Shown: positions 60,365-64,000 of the stretch, piece after piece
How the letters are laid out: each line of letters begins with the position of its first letter
Position numbering within the stretch: position 1 is the first letter of the stretch
Source of the DNA: Candidatus Bathyarchaeota archaeon
GTDB lineage: Archaea > Thermoproteota > Bathyarchaeia > Bathyarchaeales > Bathycorpusculaceae
Assembly (NCBI GenBank): GCA_963707955.1
Contig: OY970176.1
Span: 1,248,001 to 1,312,000, forward strand
Direction: 5' to 3'
Length of the DNA: 64,000 bases
The notes under the pieces: model-generated
Told to the model about the DNA's origin: nothing
Databases searched by the model: none
What the model saw: only the letters and a program-made list of their open reading frames with translations
Made by a program: the position numbers and the translations under genes

Positions 60365-61726
60365 TTATGAGGGTGGAATTAAAGCTGCGGGTTCTCCGAG
60401 GCCGACCGCTACGTAGCGCAGTTTTTTCGAGAATTTTCCCGGGTCGTAGATTCTTCTGCCGTCTATTAAAATTGGTTTTCGCATGTTGCGTATGAAGTCT
60501 TCTGGACTCAGTTTCTTGAACTCTTCCCATTCCGTCACGAGTATAGCGCAATCAGCATTTTTTAGACATTCAATCGCTGAGGAAGCGTAGCCTATTTTTT
60601 CTTTGAGAATTTTTCTGGTGTTCGCAATTGCCATCGGATCGTATGCCGTTATCGCCGCTCCTTCTTTCAGAAGCCCCTTGATCAATTCCATTGAGCGTGC
60701 CTCTCTCAAGTCGTCCGTGTTTGGTTTAAATGCTAAGCCCAAGATAGCTATATTCTTGCCTTTTAGTACTCCAAGTTCTTTTTTCGTTTTTTGTATCGTG
60801 AACCTTACCTGGTCCTCATTTGCTCTCCATGCTGCCTGTATCAACTCTGGATTATAGCCAAGTCCTTTGGAAAAGCTAATGAGAGCTTTCAGGTCTTTGG
60901 CGAAGCAGTTTCCTCCCCACCCCAAGCCTGCGTCTAGAAAGTACGGGTTTATTCTATGGTCTTTTCCTATTGCCTCTGCAATTTTTCTCACGTCTGTGCC
61001 CGGAGTTTTTTCACATATGTTGGCTATGGTGTTTATGAAGCTTACTTTTGTGGCTAAGAAGGCGTTGTTGGCGTATTTTATTAGCTCTGCTGTTGGGATG
61101 TTTGTCCTGATTATCGGCGGCAAGTTTTCGCCGTGGAATTCTCTGTAAAGATCTTCCAGCGTATCCGCAGATCTTTTGTTGCATCCTCCTATTACTACAT
61201 AGTCTGGGTTTAGCGTGCCTCTGATCGCGTTACCTTCACGTAGGAACTCTGGGTTGGCGCACAAGAGAAAACCCTCGCAGCATTTTTGGCCGCTGTTCCT
61301 TTCGATTGTTGGCCTTACAATATTCTGCGTGGTACCCGGAGTCACCGTGCTTTTTACCACAACGAGGTGAGCTACCCGGCCGTCTTTCTTTTTCAGGGCC
61401 TTACCCACTTCCTTTGACGCTTTTATTATATAGCTGAGGCTTATGCTTCCATCCGTCTTTGATGGTGTTCCAACTGTGATGAAAGTGATATCTGATTTAA
61501 GGATGGCTTCCTCGTTGTTTGACGTGATTTTTAGGTTTCCAGTTTTTATTGCTTTTATGAGCAGTTCATTGAGGTTGGGTTCGTAGAAGGGAGGGTTTCC
61601 CCTTCTTATCTGGTTCGCTTTGGCCCGGTCTATTTCTGAGCCTGTGACTTTGTAGCCTTTTGTAGCGAAGCAGACTGCTGTGCAAAGTCCAACAGATCCT
61701 AAGCCTATGAAAGAAAGCTTGTACAT
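60365..61726 (-). CDS. ugd: UDP-glucose/GDP-mannose dehydrogenase family protein
   Basis: GLGSVG, VKSTVTPG, NPEFLREG, KYANNAF, GWGGNCFAKD, GLAFKPNTDDLRE. Confidence 0.93.
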   Translation of the reverse strand: MYKLSFIGLGSVGLCTAVCFATKGYKVTGSEIDRAKANQIRRGNPPFYEPNLNELLIKAIKTGNLKITSNNEEAILKSDITFITVGTPSKTDGSISLSYIIKASKEVGKALKKKDGRVAHLVVVKSTVTPGTTQNIVRPTIERNSGQKCCEGFLLCANPEFLREGNAIRGTLNPDYVVIGGCNKRSADTLEDLYREFHGENLPPIIRTNIPTAELIKYANNAFLATKVSFINTIANICEKTPGTDVRKIAEAIGKDHRINPYFLDAGLGWGGNCFAKDLKALISFSKGLGYNPELIQAAWRANEDQVRFTIQKTKKELGVLKGKNIAILGLAFKPNTDDLREARSMELIKGLLKEGAAITAYDPMAIANTRKILKEKIGYASSAIECLKNADCAILVTEWEEFKKLSPEDFIRNMRKPILIDGRRIYDPGKFSKKLRYVAVGLGEPAALIPPS

Positions 61727-62093
61727 ATGCTCATTCCTTTTTGAGAGACTTCAATGAAATGATGATAATTAACTTTTGCATTTGCACTATTTACAAACTG
61801 GTAGGCAGCTGAGAATCTGTAAGTCCAACAAAAATCCCACTTGAGGTAAAAAAAGAAAACAACATTTAATGCCGATGAAGAACACGTCGAGAATTATCAA
61901 GGGGTGAAGAATGGCCAAAGATTCTATTAGATTGCGGCATTCACGGTTCGTCGCGCGCGCTGCTTGCAAACTAATTCGACTGGCAAATTCTCGCGGAAAA
62001 ATGCGGCGTGATATAGAAGATTCTTGAGAATTGAAACAGTGGACCCCATCGACTTCGTTCAAGGTGTCATGCAATGCTACGCTTCAGGGGGCG

Positions 62094-63032
62094 CTAATAT
62101 TCATTTTTGATTAGAGACTTTAGCCCATTCTTCAATTCAGTCTTGGGCTTGAAGTTAAGCGATTTCCTAGCCATATTTATATCCGCATAACTGTTTTCTA
62201 CGTCTCCCTTTCTCGGTTTTTCATAGACTGGTTTAAGGCTGGTTTTGCCCGAAAGCTCTGTTATAATGTCTGCAAGTTCTCTGATCGTCGTAGGCTTTCC
62301 GGTTCCAACGTTGAACGTTCCACCATCAATACGCACGCTTTCCAGGGGCAGCACGCACGCGTCGATGACATCTTCGAGGTGTATGAAATCACGCGTTTGT
62401 TTCCCATCGCCATAAACGACCGGTGATTCGCCGCTCTGTATCTTGCGGATAAACCTTGATATTACTCCGCTGTACGAGTTCGCATGCTGTCTGGGACCGT
62501 AAACGTTGAAGAGTCTCAAACAGCAGGTTTTAAGTCCGTGGATCTCATGATAGTTTCTGCAATAATTCTCAGCAGCGAGTTTTGAAACACCGTAAGGCGA
62601 CAGAGGCGTCGTTGGGTGCTCCTCATTTATCGGCAAGTAGCGGGCCTCGCCATAGACCGCAGACGAAGAGATGTAGATGAATCGATCAACGTTTTCCGCA
62701 AGGCTTGCCTCTAAAATGCTTAGCGTTCCTCTCACGTTTACGTCATTGGTGAGAACTGGGTTTTCTACAGACAGGGGCACGTCTACTAAAGCAGCTAGAT
62801 GAAAAACTGTAGTTGCTCCTCTCACAGCCTTTTTAACAGCTCTCGAGTTACGTACGTCCGCCTTTATCATGTGAAGGCTGGTGCTGCTCAAATGCTCCTT
62901 AAGGTTTTTAGTTGTACCAGCAAGGAGATTGTCTAGAACAGTTACTTCATGCCCTTCTCTGAGGAGGCGGTCAACCAATCTGCTACCTATAAACCCAGCT
63001 CCGCCGGTCACCAGAATCCTTGAATTGTTCAT
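62094..63032 (-). CDS. NAD-dependent epimerase/dehydratase (UDP-glucose 4-epimerase-like)
   Basis: [30 protein letters not shown]. Confidence 0.93.
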   Translation of the reverse strand: MNNSRILVTGGAGFIGSRLVDRLLREGHEVTVLDNLLAGTTKNLKEHLSSTSLHMIKADVRNSRAVKKAVRGATTVFHLAALVDVPLSVENPVLTNDVNVRGTLSILEASLAENVDRFIYISSSAVYGEARYLPINEEHPTTPLSPYGVSKLAAENYCRNYHEIHGLKTCCLRLFNVYGPRQHANSYSGVISRFIRKIQSGESPVVYGDGKQTRDFIHLEDVIDACVLPLESVRIDGGTFNVGTGKPTTIRELADIITELSGKTSLKPVYEKPRKGDVENSYADINMARKSLNFKPKTELKNGLKSLIKNEY

Positions 63033-63039
63033 TGTTGTT

Positions 63040-63363
63040 TCACCAGCTGATACCAAGTAGTTCAGAATATATCTTCATCAGCCTCCTAGCTAGCAACGGC
63101 GCCAAATGTGTAGAACTCACGTAGAATAATTGGTCTTTCACTCTCCCATTCTGCCATTCATCACTGGTAAGCGCCTTGGAGATGACTCTTATGGCTTCGT
63201 CTGTTTCCTTGAGCTCTTCTAGGAGGCATTCTTGAAAAAACCTCTTGGAAACTGAGTGCACAACAGGGCGTCCGCACGCCATAGCTGCGATGGCAACTGT
63301 ATCCAACTGTCCAACTTCAAAACTGCCCAACACCAAATCACTTTCCCAATACAACTCATTCAT
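63040..63363 (-). pseudogene. C-terminal fragment of a GT4-like glycosyltransferase
   Basis: ELYWESDLVL...AMACGRPVV...LMKIYSEL; only 107 aa with no room for the N-terminal domain. Confidence 0.6.
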
Positions 63364-63383
63364 CTTGGGTCTCTAGGCTTTTT

Positions 63384-64000
63384 TTAACTTAACGGTTTTT
63401 TGATGTTCAAAACGTTTCGCAAGGCCAAAAGAATTGGAACGCCAACGATAAGGGTGATTAACACAACAAGGGCATCTTCAATGAAAGAGTCAACCCCGCC
63501 GCCCACGAACACAGCTGCGGTATACGCAGGAGACCAGCCCAGAACACTGTAGAGCCTAGCTGGTATCAACAGAAAGACTCGGGTTAGACCGTCCATGGCG
63601 ATTGTTGTGAAAGATACGATGACTAGGGATACAGGAAGAAGCTTCACGTTCTCGCTGAACAGGTTTTTACTCAACTTACCTGCAGGATACACTAAACAAA
63701 CGGCAGCAATGGTGTCTAGCATAGGCCAGAGCGGAAGCGACTGGCCCAAGGGACTGATGAAGTATGCGGCAAGCATAACGGCGTAAATCGCTATGACCGG
63801 CTGCCACTTGTCTCTTGTCAAGAAGCCTGCAGTCATTACACTCAACGGCTCTGCGATTATCCCGAACATCCACAAAGGACTGGGAAGCACCACTCTGCCT
63901 ATGGTACTGCCGATCAAAGCGGCTATGAGCCCTGCCCAGGGACCCAGAACCATCCCCTCGATAGGCGATAAATAGATAGCCCAATTTCGCCATAAAATCG
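63384..64000 (-). CDS. Membrane protein resembling an ECF transporter S component, 5' end outside window
   Basis: GMVLGPWAGLIAALIG motif; multiple TM helices. Confidence 0.65.
   Translation of the reverse strand, partial: ILWRNWAIYLSPIEGMVLGPWAGLIAALIGSTIGRVVLPSPLWMFGIIAEPLSVMTAGFLTRDKWQPVIAIYAVMLAAYFISPLGQSLPLWPMLDTIAAVCLVYPAGKLSKNLFSENVKLLPVSLVIVSFTTIAMDGLTRVFLLIPARLYSVLGWSPAYTAAVFVGGGVDSFIEDALVVLITLIVGVPILLALRNVLNIKKPLS

Overview
Archaeal chromosomal segment, most consistent with Bathyarchaeia. This is inferred from the archaeal tRNA-Val, EndoQ, a tungsten aldehyde:ferredoxin oxidoreductase, and NosD/PKD/CARDB/dockerin/PEF-tail surface proteins. Housekeeping blocks (gap-pgk; a GH57/GT4 alpha-glucan operon; EndoQ; AOR; tRNA-Val; a sugar-nucleotide/glycan cluster) flank a long accessory region from about 2 to 40 kb. 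Highlights: (1) a 6.6-kb element at 16999-23591, bounded by perfect 23-bp terminal inverted repeats, with a central IS6-like DDE transposase translationally coupled to an unannotated CopG-like ORF, and cargo genes for a GHKL ATPase, a B12-domain-like radical SAM enzyme and a DNA methyltransferase-Mrr fusion, a candidate mobile DNA modification/defence system; (2) 18 alternating (CG)n tracts of 8 nt or more, almost all intergenic, that bracket individual accessory genes and mark a chimeric gene junction; (3) a solitary terminase-large-subunit-like gene with no capsid or portal genes, linked to a split, duplicated sequence module; (4) simple-sequence tracts paired with a recurring 16-bp palindrome. 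Several short frameshifts in otherwise intact genes may be sequencing errors. All calls were made by eye from motifs; no searches were run.
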